Shown here: positions 41,001-49,956 of the stretch, in pieces | How the letters are laid out: the number at the start of each line of letters is the position of its first letter | Numbering within the stretch: the stretch's first letter is position 1 | Origin: Candidatus Latescibacterota bacterium | GTDB lineage: Bacteria > Latescibacterota > UBA2968 > GCA-2709665 | Assembly: GCA_965248435.1 (NCBI GenBank) | Contig: OZ252100.1 | Span: 2,432,001 to 2,496,000, forward strand | Direction: 5' to 3' | Length of the DNA stretch: 64,000 nt | Translations under genes and position numbers: made by a program | Notes under the pieces: generated by a model | What the model saw: only the letters and a program-made list of their open reading frames with translations | What the model was told of the DNA's origin: nothing | Databases searched by the model: none

Positions 41001-44000
41001 ACCCCGAAGTGATATTCCGTATCCTCAGTCAGGTCGGTCAGGGCGATGGAGCAAACGATCCCGCTCGTGGCCTCCTCGATGGTGCTCGTGTACTCGCCGG
41101 TGGCGCCAAACTCCGCGTCTGTTGCCCAGCTGATCCGACAGTCAGACAGCTCGTTCAGGAGCCATTTCACCCTGGCCGATTCCGAGGTGATGTTCCGGAC
41201 GACCGGGCCTTTCACGATCACCGGGGCCTCGTCGTCAACATCGTCAGCCGCCCGTGTCGTGAACACCATCAGGGCGTGTTCACTCAGGCTCGTGTTGCCG
41301 AACGGATCGGTCATCCGGACCTTGAAGCGGTAAGTCGTTCCAGGCTCCAGATTGCCCACGCTCACGCCCCTTCTCTTCCGGAGCCTGGCGCCTTCCACGA
41401 CAATGGAATCGTCGTTGGCCTGTTTCGCGCCGCCGCCAATTGCCTCTTTATTGAGGATGACTTCCGCGGAGTGGACCTCGTTGGCTCTCCAAATGATGAT
41501 GACCGAGTTGTTGGTGATGCCGACGGGGATGGGATGTCCGAAGACCCGCGGCCCCTCGGCGTCTGGCTCTGTGCGTGTGACGAAGGAGAGTTGGCCCGTG
41601 TTCGTCGTGGGTCCGTTGCCTGCGAAGTCTGTCGCCTTGATCTTGTAGAAATATTCTGTGCCTGAAGTCAGACCCGTAAGGAAGAAGGTGTGTAGACGCC
41701 TGGGATCGGTCGTCGACTCCAGGATGCCCACCGTGCCTGTGTCGTCTTCATAGACATCGGGGGTCGTTGCATACTGGATGTCCATCGTGGTGGGCTCGTT
41801 CGCCTTCGCGAAGATTTTAGCCTCGGTGTCGCTGATAAACAGCACACCGGGCGGTCGCACGAATATCGGGGGAACGTCGTCCTCGACCGACGTGGTAACG
41901 ATCGTGAAAGGGGGTGAAACCACAGCGTTTCCGCTCACGTCTGCGGACCGGACCCTGACGTAGAGCGTGGTGTCGACCGGAAGGTTGGCCAGGGAGATCT
42001 GGTGGAGGCGCACTGCTTCGTCGACGGTGACCGAATCGATCCCCGCTTCATCTTCGTCCTCGTCTTCGTCCTGTAAAATAGCTTTGGTGAGTACGTCGAC
42101 GGTCAGCGCATCGATTGCGTCTTTGTCCAGACTGTAGAAGATGGCACTGTTGCTCCGCCTGCTGGTTCGCCATTGGACGTTGGCCCGGTCGAAGGAAGAA
42201 AACGAAGAAGGCCTTCCAAGGACTTCAAGGGGGCGGGTATCGACAGCATCCAACGTTCTGAAGCTGAGCACAGTCGATTCGAACGCGTTGTTGTTCAGGT
42301 CCGTTACCGTGACCCTGTAGAAAACCTCCTCGCCGGGGTTTAGACCAGAGACGACGACCTCGTGAGACTTGGTGGGGTCGGCCGGACCTGCAGCGGAGGT
42401 GTCCAGGGCGTCCGCGGCGGCCCCATAGGCGATCTGAGAGGTCGCGGCCTCATCCAGCTCGAATCCTATTCTAACTTCTGTTTGAGTTCTTCCAAGGAGT
42501 CCCGGGCCCTCCAGAATGCGCGGAGGCCGGGTGTCCTGATTCTTCGTGACGAAAAGGGCCGTAGTGGACGGGTAGAAATCGGATTCGCCCTGGGCGCTCA
42601 GCGATTTGGCCTGGAAGAAGTAACGCGTTCCGGGTGTGAGGCCTTCGATCACGAGCCGGAAGCGCGTCATCTCATCGACCAACTCTACGCTCCTGTCCAG
42701 GTTGTTGGGGTCTTCACTGTAAACGACCGTGACGATCCCGGGTTTGTCGAATTCGCCTGTAATCACCGCCCGGGTATCTGTAACGGCCTCGGCCGCGGGA
42801 CGCACAGTAGCCACCGGGACATCGGTGACCCAGGAGTCGATCACCAGGGTTACATCGGGGAAAATGGTTTCAGACGCGAGGACATCGGCGGGATCGGTGA
42901 AGGTGACCTCTGAGAAGGTGATCTGCGTCCCCCGGAACTGGTCTCGGGCCAAAAACCATATCGACCCGGCCAGCGCGTTCGCCGGAGGCACCTGGCTGGC
43001 GCTTTCGGGGACCGTCAGCCTCAGCCTGATCGTGGTTTGATCCACGTTTTCAATCGCAGTGCCCCGTCGGTTGACGACCAGGCGGACGTTGGGGGTAACG
43101 ACCTCTTCGGAACCGTCCTGGAAGGAGAATTTCACGCTGGTCAGCGTAATCGTGAAGGTGCGAAATTCGTCCTTGAGCAAAAGGTCCAGGGATCCGACCC
43201 GTTTCAAGACATTCAGCGGCTCGCCCTCATCGAATGCGGATACGGTCCCCTGGTCAAACACGATCTCTTTCGTGTTCAGCTGCCAGGATACAGGGTTGGG
43301 CGGAAAATCATAGCCCTGTCCCTTCTCGCCTGTGACATCTGCAAGCGCGAAACGCTTGTCGAGGGCGAACGTGAACGTCAGACCGACCGTATTGGAGAAC
43401 CCCGTTGCGTCCAGTCCTATGCGGACGGTCTGGCCGCCGCCGCCCCTGGCTTCCACTTCTTTCGTAGCAGAAGGCAGAAAGCTTACCGATGCGCGACTTT
43501 CATCGGAAACGGGGGCCGCTGGAAGTTCTGGAACTACGACCCGGAAAGGGGCCCGGGGGAAAAACAGGGTGTACCCTCCCAGGATCTGTTCGCGGTCCAA
43601 CTGCGCCTGAATCTCAATCTCGGTCGCCTCGGTAATCCCTCCGAGAAAGATGTGCGCCCCGATCCTCGCACCCGGGTTCACCCTGCGCTGGTGCACGCTG
43701 TCGTTTATCAGAGAACCCCTCTTCAGGTCCGCGTCAAACGCCTTGGGGATATTCCCAGGACTGAAGATTACAAACGGGATGTTGAGAGGAATCGTCGTTT
43801 CCGAGCCGTCCTGAAAACTCAGGACGACGTCGTTCAGGGACACCGCGAGGGAGGTGAAGGCGGACAAACGGAGATGCACTAATCCGGCAAGCTTTAGCGC
43901 CCCGGTGTTATCCTCGTCGAACACACTTTCGGTGCTCTCATTGAATGTGAAGTTCTCAGAGCCATCCCAGGTAACGGGGTTTGGCGGGGAGTCGTAGCCG

Positions 44001-44284
44001 AGTTGTCTTTCGCCGGTTATCTCAGTGACAGCCCCGGCATCGCTCATCGTAAAGTTCGCCGTGAGCCCTACCGTATTGGAAAGGCCAGTCGCAAAGATCT
44101 CGAACGTCACATTGTCGCCGGCGTTCGCGACGATCGACCTCGTCTGGGATTGCGCCCCGTCTCCCTGGAGCTGGATGTCTGCGTCCGCATCTGGATCCTG
44201 AGCAAGTGAGCTACCGCACGTAACTCCGAACAGGGAAACAGATACGACAAAAGTGGCCAACCTGAGCCTGGAGATGAATTTCAT
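38093..44284 (-). CDS. Large secreted protein: duplicated cohesin-like modules, Fn3 repeats, dockerin-like EF-hand pair, cohesin, FlgD/T9SS-like C-terminal domain
   Basis: Signal peptide; repeated W.T.E.....V.YG / L..L.P.T.Y.Y; DLDGDFKVGFFDF and DLTGDGAVGFFDF; NFPNPFNPET...ASGIY...KMLLLK. Confidence 0.85.
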   Translation of the reverse strand: MKFISRLRLATFVVSVSLFGVTCGSSLAQDPDADADIQLQGDGAQSQTRSIVANAGDNVTFEIFATGLSNTVGLTANFTMSDAGAVTEITGERQLGYDSPPNPVTWDGSENFTFNESTESVFDEDNTGALKLAGLVHLRLSAFTSLAVSLNDVVLSFQDGSETTIPLNIPFVIFSPGNIPKAFDADLKRGSLINDSVHQRRVNPGARIGAHIFLGGITEATEIEIQAQLDREQILGGYTLFFPRAPFRVVVPELPAAPVSDESRASVSFLPSATKEVEARGGGGQTVRIGLDATGFSNTVGLTFTFALDKRFALADVTGEKGQGYDFPPNPVSWQLNTKEIVFDQGTVSAFDEGEPLNVLKRVGSLDLLLKDEFRTFTITLTSVKFSFQDGSEEVVTPNVRLVVNRRGTAIENVDQTTIRLRLTVPESASQVPPANALAGSIWFLARDQFRGTQITFSEVTFTDPADVLASETIFPDVTLVIDSWVTDVPVATVRPAAEAVTDTRAVITGEFDKPGIVTVVYSEDPNNLDRSVELVDEMTRFRLVIEGLTPGTRYFFQAKSLSAQGESDFYPSTTALFVTKNQDTRPPRILEGPGLLGRTQTEVRIGFELDEAATSQIAYGAAADALDTSAAGPADPTKSHEVVVSGLNPGEEVFYRVTVTDLNNNAFESTVLSFRTLDAVDTRPLEVLGRPSSFSSFDRANVQWRTSRRSNSAIFYSLDKDAIDALTVDVLTKAILQDEDEDEDEAGIDSVTVDEAVRLHQISLANLPVDTTLYVRVRSADVSGNAVVSPPFTIVTTSVEDDVPPIFVRPPGVLFISDTEAKIFAKANEPTTMDIQYATTPDVYEDDTGTVGILESTTDPRRLHTFFLTGLTSGTEYFYKIKATDFAGNGPTTNTGQLSFVTRTEPDAEGPRVFGHPIPVGITNNSVIIIWRANEVHSAEVILNKEAIGGGAKQANDDSIVVEGARLRKRRGVSVGNLEPGTTYRFKVRMTDPFGNTSLSEHALMVFTTRAADDVDDEAPVIVKGPVVRNITSESARVKWLLNELSDCRISWATDAEFGATGEYTSTIEEATSGIVCSIALTDLTEDTEYHFGVESADNVGNVVKTDPAGGILGLSFDHTFRTRPAAAAVAPSIIEGPVVDIKDDFVIIRFRTDQDATSLAEVGALPASKLALQGDVPVFGEASQIVVENTDELATDHSVEVTGLTPGQQYVFQVTSTNAAGLEVTSTDPLTKLQVPGGFGSFTTDTDPDTQFPVITAAPKVVASTTSSLTIEWGTDENSNSQLSFGDSEDDLGDSEISGDNVTTHRVVLTKLTAGTTYAYQAGATDVSGNGATLSKVAFGSTPSDIDISAPVISVDASVIYKNDRQATIGWETSEAADAEVAFGTSEESLDQIRNDPDFNTAHTITLTNLDADQLYYYRVSSKDQSNNGPVSSDILSFQTDADPDVTSPVISNVVATPGDSTATITWDTDEVSDSAVLFGAAGGSLDFNVGDASDVTSHVLILTNLTPDTDYSFQVESVDRAGNPPSEGTVTAFKTFAAGAVPAPDPPDQPTATEGSGIVSLAWEASASSGVVGYIVEREAGDGSFSPIATLGVATSYVDNNVDNDVSYSYQIRSLAAQQLSGDPSLASDVVTPAVDKGLDTPTLALIQGDPLSPTIVINNSSGSGLSYTFHLASSSDYSDALSLEAGLSAGAGTGSGDPAGVTAWTVDRTLEDGTTYYYRVKAGDGTFESAFLEGQITVDATAAEFPGDLDGDFKVGFFDFLGFVGAFEKSPGDSGFDLAADLTGDGAVGFFDFLALIGLFDKQYVKGESGTKPVAVVKTYGIDVDTKLQLVRRPSSSTQSKEFIADITVSNTHNLKGYGVTVKYDPDHLKFISATDGGQGILKQDGRLAEIFGVLRHVSEEGEVLVASAMTQGSPVAGDGIAARLHFEILDGNPRGGLIEIVEGLLIDDKLGVNAAQNLGARLSLVPDEFALEPNFPNPFNPETTIQYAVPEAGRVSIRVYNILGQEVATLVDEDHLAGYYVLRWGGLDAQNRPVASGIYLTRMAAEGFQQIHKMLLLK

Positions 44285-44441
44285 AGCGATGTGGCCAGGA
44301 GAGTCCATCGGTTCACTCCGTGAAACGTTGACCATCAATTTCTGGCATTGTAATCACTTCTCTGACAATATACACGATGTCTTGTCTTCACGAACCCAAT
44401 TTAGGTAACCCCATTCAACCGTTCAGTCGATCGAAAATGAA

Positions 44442-44468
44442 AGCCCTGGAGGATAGTCCTCCAGGGCT
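44442..44468 (-). terminator. Intrinsic terminator
   Basis: AGCCCTGGAGGA/TCCTCCAGGGCT stem with a T-rich tail on the minus strand. Confidence 0.7.
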
Positions 44469-44537
44469 ACGGTGTTCCTGATCTAGGGACGAATTACCAG
44501 CCGATAATGCTCTCTTTTCTCCGGGATTACCGCCCCC

Positions 44538-45680
44538 CTACTGTCCTTTCTGCTGTGTTTTCTGCTGTGCTGCTCTCTCCTTTTTCTCCTTTAATGCTTT
44601 GTCCTTTGCTGCTTTGTCCTTTGCTGCTTTCTGCTGTGCCCCTTTCTTCTGTGCTTCCTTTGCCGCTTTCTCCTTTAATGCTTTCTGCTGTTCCACTTTC
44701 TTCATAAATTCTTTTCGCGATTTTGCATCCTCCTTCTTTACTTTCTCCTTCGCTGCTTTCTCCTTCACTGCTTTCTGCTGTGCAGGACCGCGCGAAGGTG
44801 GACCTACCTGTTTGGTCTTGCCCTCCGGCGATGCACCCTTTTTCGCCTGACCGCCCAGCCCCATACCCGGCGTGCTCAGACCCGGAGGCTGCCCGGGACG
44901 CTGACCGCCTGGCTGCTGTGCCTTAGGGCTTCTCAGACCTCCCTGCGATGAACCTTCCTTCTTGGTCTTACCATCCTGCGGTGCACCCTTTGTTGACTGA
45001 CCGCCCTGCTCCATACCGGGCGGTCCCAGACCAGACTGCGGACCGGGACGCTGCCTGCCGCCCGGCTGCTGCGCCTTCGGTTGCCCCAGACCTCGCTGCG
45101 ATGAACCTTCCTTCTTGGTCTTACCATCCTGCGGTGCACCCTTTGTCGATTGACCCCCCTTCATCATGCCAGAAGGTTCCATCCCTGGCGGACCGGGACG
45201 CTGCTTGCCGCCTGGCTGATTTGCTCTCGGCGGTCCAAGACCGGTCTGCGGGGGACCGCCCCCCTTGGTCATTCCGCCTTGCGCCCCGCCCGGCTTCGTC
45301 GGACCGCCCAGCCCCATACTTGGCGGGCCCACGCCAGACTGCTGCATGGGATGCTGCCTACCAGAACGCGGTTGTGAACCTGCCGTGCCCTGTATACCGG
45401 GGTGTTGCTGTGAAGGCCCAACGTTCGGACCTCCCCAGGCCTTCGCCAATTCCTGCTTCATCTTCACTTGCATCTGCGGTGGAAGCTGACTCATGAGTTT
45501 GACCATCTGACGGTTGAGGTCAATGATCTTATCCACGATCTGGTTTTCGGGGCCCTGCTGCGGTGCCTCCTTTGAGGATGATGCCTTCTCTCCCTTCTTC
45601 TTGATCTGCGCGTCCGCCGTTGCAGCGAAAAAGAGACACGCCGCCACCAACGCGATCCAACTAAACCGACACTGGGACAT
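44538..45680 (-). CDS. Secreted low-complexity protein (G/P/Q repeats, K/A-rich tail)
   Basis: RBS AGGAGG; signal peptide ending ADA; 153-bp internal duplication; KAAKEK-type tail. Confidence 0.75.
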   Translation of the reverse strand: MSQCRFSWIALVAACLFFAATADAQIKKKGEKASSSKEAPQQGPENQIVDKIIDLNRQMVKLMSQLPPQMQVKMKQELAKAWGGPNVGPSQQHPGIQGTAGSQPRSGRQHPMQQSGVGPPSMGLGGPTKPGGAQGGMTKGGGPPQTGLGPPRANQPGGKQRPGPPGMEPSGMMKGGQSTKGAPQDGKTKKEGSSQRGLGQPKAQQPGGRQRPGPQSGLGPPGMEQGGQSTKGAPQDGKTKKEGSSQGGLRSPKAQQPGGQRPGQPPGLSTPGMGLGGQAKKGASPEGKTKQVGPPSRGPAQQKAVKEKAAKEKVKKEDAKSRKEFMKKVEQQKALKEKAAKEAQKKGAQQKAAKDKAAKDKALKEKKERAAQQKTQQKGQ

Positions 45681-45719
45681 CGCGATTCCTCCTTTCAGAC
45701 GAGATACGAAATACGAGAT

Positions 45720-46143
45720 GCTGGATTCAATGACTAAGTGCAACACTTGGACTTGAAGACTTCAGCTGGTGTTTTGAAGTTAAGACATTTTCTTGGTCGG
45801 TTGTTGATCCGGTTCTGAATTTTCTTTAACTCGTGTTTGCTGACCTTTGAGAAGTCTGTCTTCTTGGGGAGGTATCTGCGGACCAGACCGATAGCGTTTT
45901 CCACAGCGCCTCGCCTCCCAGCTGTGGAACGGTTTGCAGAAATAGGATTTGGTGCCAAGCACCTCGTTGACCCGTTGATGTTGGCCGTTTTTGGATCCGT
46001 TGTCATATGTGATGCTCTTCCTCATGTGGGGAGGATGTCGCCCAAGGCGTCGATTAATCGCTTCGGCGACCTCCGAGGGTCCGTTCTTTGCCAGCTTAGG
46101 ACAGTTGCTACCCTAAGTGTTGCACTTCCTTATTGAACTCGGG
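45720..46143 (-). mobile_element. Internally deleted (424-bp) IS30 derivative with both inverted repeats and a GAT target duplication
   Basis: Near-identical to both ends of the element at 51336-52390; 632-bp deletion at a TAG microhomology. Confidence 0.92.
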
Positions 46144-46157
46144 GATACGTTTTGTCC

Positions 46158-46691
46158 TTAAGCCGAATCATCCTCCTCCGGCGCCCCATCCTCCCCACTT
46201 CCTTCCTCTACCTCCTCATCTGGCTCCCCACCGCGTATCGTATCCGCATAGTTCTCGATCTGTAAGTTCGCGCCTATCATTCGTTTACACATCAGGTCCA
46301 GCACGTTCTGCATCACCTTCCGGTGCAGCTCCCAGTCCTCCGCGAACAGACGCGCCAGATCCATCTTGTCGATCACCAGCGCCGTCGTCTGGACCGTCGC
46401 CGTCACGTTCGCGGATCGGGGCTGTCCGGAGAACAGCCCCATCTCTCCGCTCGACATCCCCTGTGTGATACTCCCCAGGACATCCCCGGTCTTGGTCGTG
46501 ACAATCAGCTGACCTTTCAGAAGCGTCACCATACTATCGCTCGGCTCCCCCACCCGATAGATGGGCTGGTCGGGCTCGTAGGTGTGCATATGGCAAATGT
46601 TTAAGATATGCTTGACCTGCTCCAGATCCAGCCCCTTGAAGATGTCGATCTTCTCGATCGTCTGCTGTATGCGGTATTGATCCTGGTTCAC
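46158..46691 (-). CDS. Stand-alone cyclic-nucleotide-binding domain protein
   Basis: GEMGLFSGQPRSANV; no HTH; acidic tail. Confidence 0.88.
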   Translation of the reverse strand: MNQDQYRIQQTIEKIDIFKGLDLEQVKHILNICHMHTYEPDQPIYRVGEPSDSMVTLLKGQLIVTTKTGDVLGSITQGMSSGEMGLFSGQPRSANVTATVQTTALVIDKMDLARLFAEDWELHRKVMQNVLDLMCKRMIGANLQIENYADTIRGGEPDEEVEEGSGEDGAPEEDDSA

Positions 46692-47242
46692 GAAGCGTCC
46701 CTCGATTCATCCACTTCCGATTCCGTGGATTCCACAGACTCGGATTCAACCTCCTGGTCCTCCTCATCCGCTTCAGACGCTTCGCCCTCTTCATTGAATC
46801 GCGTCTCGATCTGCACGTTGGCCTTGACGAGCCGCTCACTCAACAGATCGACCACGTTTTCGAGGACCTTCTTATGAAGCTTCCAGTCCGCTTCGACCAC
46901 GCCCATCAAATCCGATCTCTGGATCACCAGCACCGTCGTCTGGACTGTCGCGGTTACATTCGCCGACCTCGGCCTCTGGGTAAACAGGCCCACCTCTCCG
47001 CTCGACATCCCTGTCGTGATGCTTCCAAGCATACCACCCGTCCCGCTCGTGACGATCAGGTGGCCCTTGATGACCGTCAGCATGCTGTCGCTCGGGTCCC
47101 CGAACGCGTAGATCTGCTGTCCCGGTTCACGCGTGTCCATGCTGGACACCCTCAGGATCCTCTGTACCTCCTCCAGCTCGAGTCCCCTGAAGATATCGAT
47201 CTTTTGAATCGTCTGAAGCACGCGGTATTGCTGCTCGTCCAC
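46688..47242 (-). CDS. Stand-alone cyclic-nucleotide-binding domain protein (tandem paralogue)
   Basis: GEVGLFTQRPRSANV; acidic tail. Confidence 0.88.
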   Translation of the reverse strand: MDEQQYRVLQTIQKIDIFRGLELEEVQRILRVSSMDTREPGQQIYAFGDPSDSMLTVIKGHLIVTSGTGGMLGSITTGMSSGEVGLFTQRPRSANVTATVQTTVLVIQRSDLMGVVEADWKLHKKVLENVVDLLSERLVKANVQIETRFNEEGEASEADEEDQEVESESVESTESEVDESRDAS

Positions 47243-47573
47243 GGTAACCTCAATTCTTTCCCGACGTCAGCCTCTCTGATGCACAGTTCCCCGACACGAG
47301 CAAACCAGGCTCACCAAAATCCCCTCCCGGGTCGGGGCGGGTCACAATGGAGTTTCTACTCATCGCAGCCACCCCTACATCCCCCGAAGGAATGGGCTTT
47401 ATTATTCCACCAAACGTCTCTCCGGGATGCCCCGGCAAAGCCGAGGCCTGCCCCGCCTGCCCCTGCGTGATTCAAGCAGGGGGTATGAATTAAGCCGGGG
47501 CGGGGCCTGCAAGGTTTAAGCAGGGGTGGTCAAAATCGCGAATTCAATCATCCGGAGCTGGAGCGCAGCCGGT

Positions 47574-47930
47574 TTACGTCCCAACGAGCGCCTCCACCGT
47601 CTCAAGGATCTCCTCCCTCGCAAACGGTTTTTCGATCGCGCGAAACGCGCCCAGGTCCTTGGCCATGCTCATGTATTCAACACCACTGCCCGAAACCACC
47701 AAGATCCTGATCGACGGAAACTCTCTTTTGAGTTCTCGAATGACCTCTATGCCTTCCTTCTCCGGCATGAAGATATCCAGGATGACGAGATCGGTCGGGT
47801 TCATCCGGTAGCGCGTTACGCCGTCTACGCCATTCGGCGCCTCCGTCACCACGTGCCCGGCCGGCTCCAGAATCGCCTTCAGGACATCCCTTGTCGGTTC
47901 GTCATCATCGATCACCAGGATGGAAGCCAT
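47574..47930 (-). CDS. Single-domain response regulator
   Basis: VIDDD, LDIFMPEKEG, KPF. Confidence 0.9.
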   Translation of the reverse strand: MASILVIDDDEPTRDVLKAILEPAGHVVTEAPNGVDGVTRYRMNPTDLVILDIFMPEKEGIEVIRELKREFPSIRILVVSGSGVEYMSMAKDLGAFRAIEKPFAREEILETVEALVGT

Positions 47931-47992
47931 CCAAAATCTCCTTCACAAAGGCGGATTGTGACAGCAGCGGTCTGCGGTCAACCACGGGTTCT

Positions 47993-48283
47993 TTAAAGAG
48001 ACCCGATAATCGACCTGTACTCCTCTTCTGAGAATGCCTTCAGCGTCTCCGTCCTCACGCTTCCTTTGGAGGCAAGAGCGAGCGCAAGCTTGGCGATCGT
48101 CTCGTCGTCAGGCGCCTCGGCAATGGCGACCATATCGTGGCTGCCGAAGGTCATATAGAAGGGCCCCAACTTCGCGCCAGCTTCCTCGAACGAATGCCTC
48201 GCCTCATCCAGTCTGTTCGGACTCTCCCTGATGTCCTCGATTCCGTCCTCAGTCCAATTCAGCAAAATGACGTAGGTAGCCAT
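47993..48283 (-). CDS. GYD domain protein
   Basis: TFGSHD.V, EAPDDE, G.VRTETL.AF. Confidence 0.85.
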   Translation of the reverse strand: MATYVILLNWTEDGIEDIRESPNRLDEARHSFEEAGAKLGPFYMTFGSHDMVAIAEAPDDETIAKLALALASKGSVRTETLKAFSEEEYRSIIGSL

Positions 48284-48338
48284 GGCGTACCTCCTCTAGG
48301 ATTCTACGGCCTGCTAGCCAGCAGACACTGGTTTACCT

Positions 48339-48767
48339 CTAAGCTTCCCTTCCCGCGAGTCTTCGCATCCAGATCCAATGCGTCGCGAAAAGAACGACGC
48401 ACGCGATGATCAGCAACCCCCGCGTCGTCAGATCTCGAAGCGCGTGAAACCGGACGGTTTCGACGCGATTGGCCCTGGTCGCCTCGTACATCTTCCTCAA
48501 GGTCTCGTCGTCCGGAACATAACCTGGATCGGCGGCATCCGGGCCCTTCGGAGATCTGAGAACGCTCATCCTGTAGCCTTCGTAGGAAGACAGATCCACC
48601 GGACCGTGAAAACGCTCAACTGGACCGTAGCGGGCGCCGCCAGTGAGCGGAGCGCTCAGGCTGAACACGGCATCCACGAGGCTGCTTAGGGAAACCAGAA
48701 AGGTGACGACCGTGACCAGGCAGACTGCGTAGCCGTAGATCTGAGCCACTTTGTTTTGTTTTTCCAC
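48339..48767 (-). CDS. Two-TM hypothetical membrane protein
   Basis: YGY.VCL N-terminal TM and LF.THW C-terminal TM. Confidence 0.7.
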   Translation of the reverse strand: MEKQNKVAQIYGYAVCLVTVVTFLVSLSSLVDAVFSLSAPLTGGARYGPVERFHGPVDLSSYEGYRMSVLRSPKGPDAADPGYVPDDETLRKMYEATRANRVETVRFHALRDLTTRGLLIIACVVLFATHWIWMRRLAGREA

Positions 48768-49109
48768 GTTCCTCCAGCAGGGAATTCAGTTCTGGTGCAC
48801 GGCGGAAAAACTAAAAGCCGCACCTCTCCAGATGCGGCATTTGCTGTCCCTTCATAGGCGAAACATCAGAAGGTCCATGTACGCTTCCCTGGCAATCAAG
48901 CAAGGCGTGCGTGATCCCCGACAGAATTACCAATATGATGGGGACGTTTCTCTCCGATGTCAAAGAAAATCCTGCAGTGGAGCCGCCCCCTTTTTGGTGT
49001 ATATACGCCGACTTGGAGTCTCCGAAGGCGTCCACTTTAGCCACGGGTTTATGCTACTCCGGTCTTTGCGATCTACGATCCACGATTCACGATCCATTAT
49101 CCACGAACT

Positions 49110-49601
49110 TTAGCTCCCAAACTGCTCCCCAACGCGTTCCTGAAGGTCATCGATCAACCCGTGCAGGTCCAGAGCGAACAATCCGCGTCTCGGACCCTTC
49201 CTCAGAAATTCCCTGCTCTGTCGGCGGTTCAGAAATCGCGCCCTGAACCGATTCCCCCTATCCCCAACGCGGACGAATACCATCAGCTCCCGATCTCCCA
49301 GGATCGCATCGTCGTGCACCTCGGCGACCAGAAGCCTTAGGAACCGGGGGGCGACGCCGAACGCCTCGAGCTGTAGCGCGATCGACATGCGGAGCAGGTC
49401 GAGAAAGCTGAACCCCCGCTCCCGGCCTCGACCCCCGCTGTCCAGAGAAGGATCGATGATCCCCTGCTCCACATACAGGCTCACCTTCCGCCGTGAGATC
49501 TTCAGAATCGCCGAGGCATCGCCAGACGAGAACAACCCAAAGGTTGAAAGGCCCGTCTCCGCCTCGATGCGTCCCTTGCCCCGCTTACCATTGAGTCGCA
49601 T
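49110..49601 (-). CDS. MerR-like HTH protein
   Basis: FSS..A..IL.IS......V..GII.P...G.G..R.FS..DL; promoter TTGACA-N18-TAAATT and two CGTAAATACG repeats upstream. Confidence 0.75.
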   Translation of the reverse strand: MRLNGKRGKGRIEAETGLSTFGLFSSGDASAILKISRRKVSLYVEQGIIDPSLDSGGRGRERGFSFLDLLRMSIALQLEAFGVAPRFLRLLVAEVHDDAILGDRELMVFVRVGDRGNRFRARFLNRRQSREFLRKGPRRGLFALDLHGLIDDLQERVGEQFGS

Positions 49602-49941
49602 CGGATATATTTCCGTATTTACGAGTTTAATAAACGTATTTACGGTTTATAATTTAGCCCCGTCATCGAGCCGTTGTCAAGTAAAATCGAGATGGATTAC
49701 GGGTCCAAAAGACCCCTCCGAGTTCTTGGCGCTCACCTTCCTCTTTCCTGCAATTCTTTTCTATACATACAACTTTTCCCACTCAAACGGAAAATAATTC
49801 CCAAATCTGTTCCATTCAGGGGGGCTAATCTCACCGGAAAAATAATTAGGTGATCTACATTACACTTAATTTCTTCTTAATCAGTGACCTGCCTCACAAT
49901 GAAGTTTTTTGACTCACTTTTCGATCAAAAAGCATGTCTCG

Positions 49942-49956
49942 GGCACGGGAATTGCA
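49942..49956 (+). promoter_or_regulatory. Sigma54 -24/-12 promoter
   Basis: GGCACG-N4-TTGCA with exact spacing, downstream of a ~300-bp AT-rich region. Confidence 0.7.

Noticed and set aside
39263-43882. Long plus-strand ORFs (328, 433 and 281 aa)
   Set aside because: Antisense shadows of the GC-rich giant gene with no recognisable motifs.
38093-44284. True cellulosome scaffoldin
   Set aside because: No CBM3 or linked glycoside hydrolases visible; only the module types are similar.
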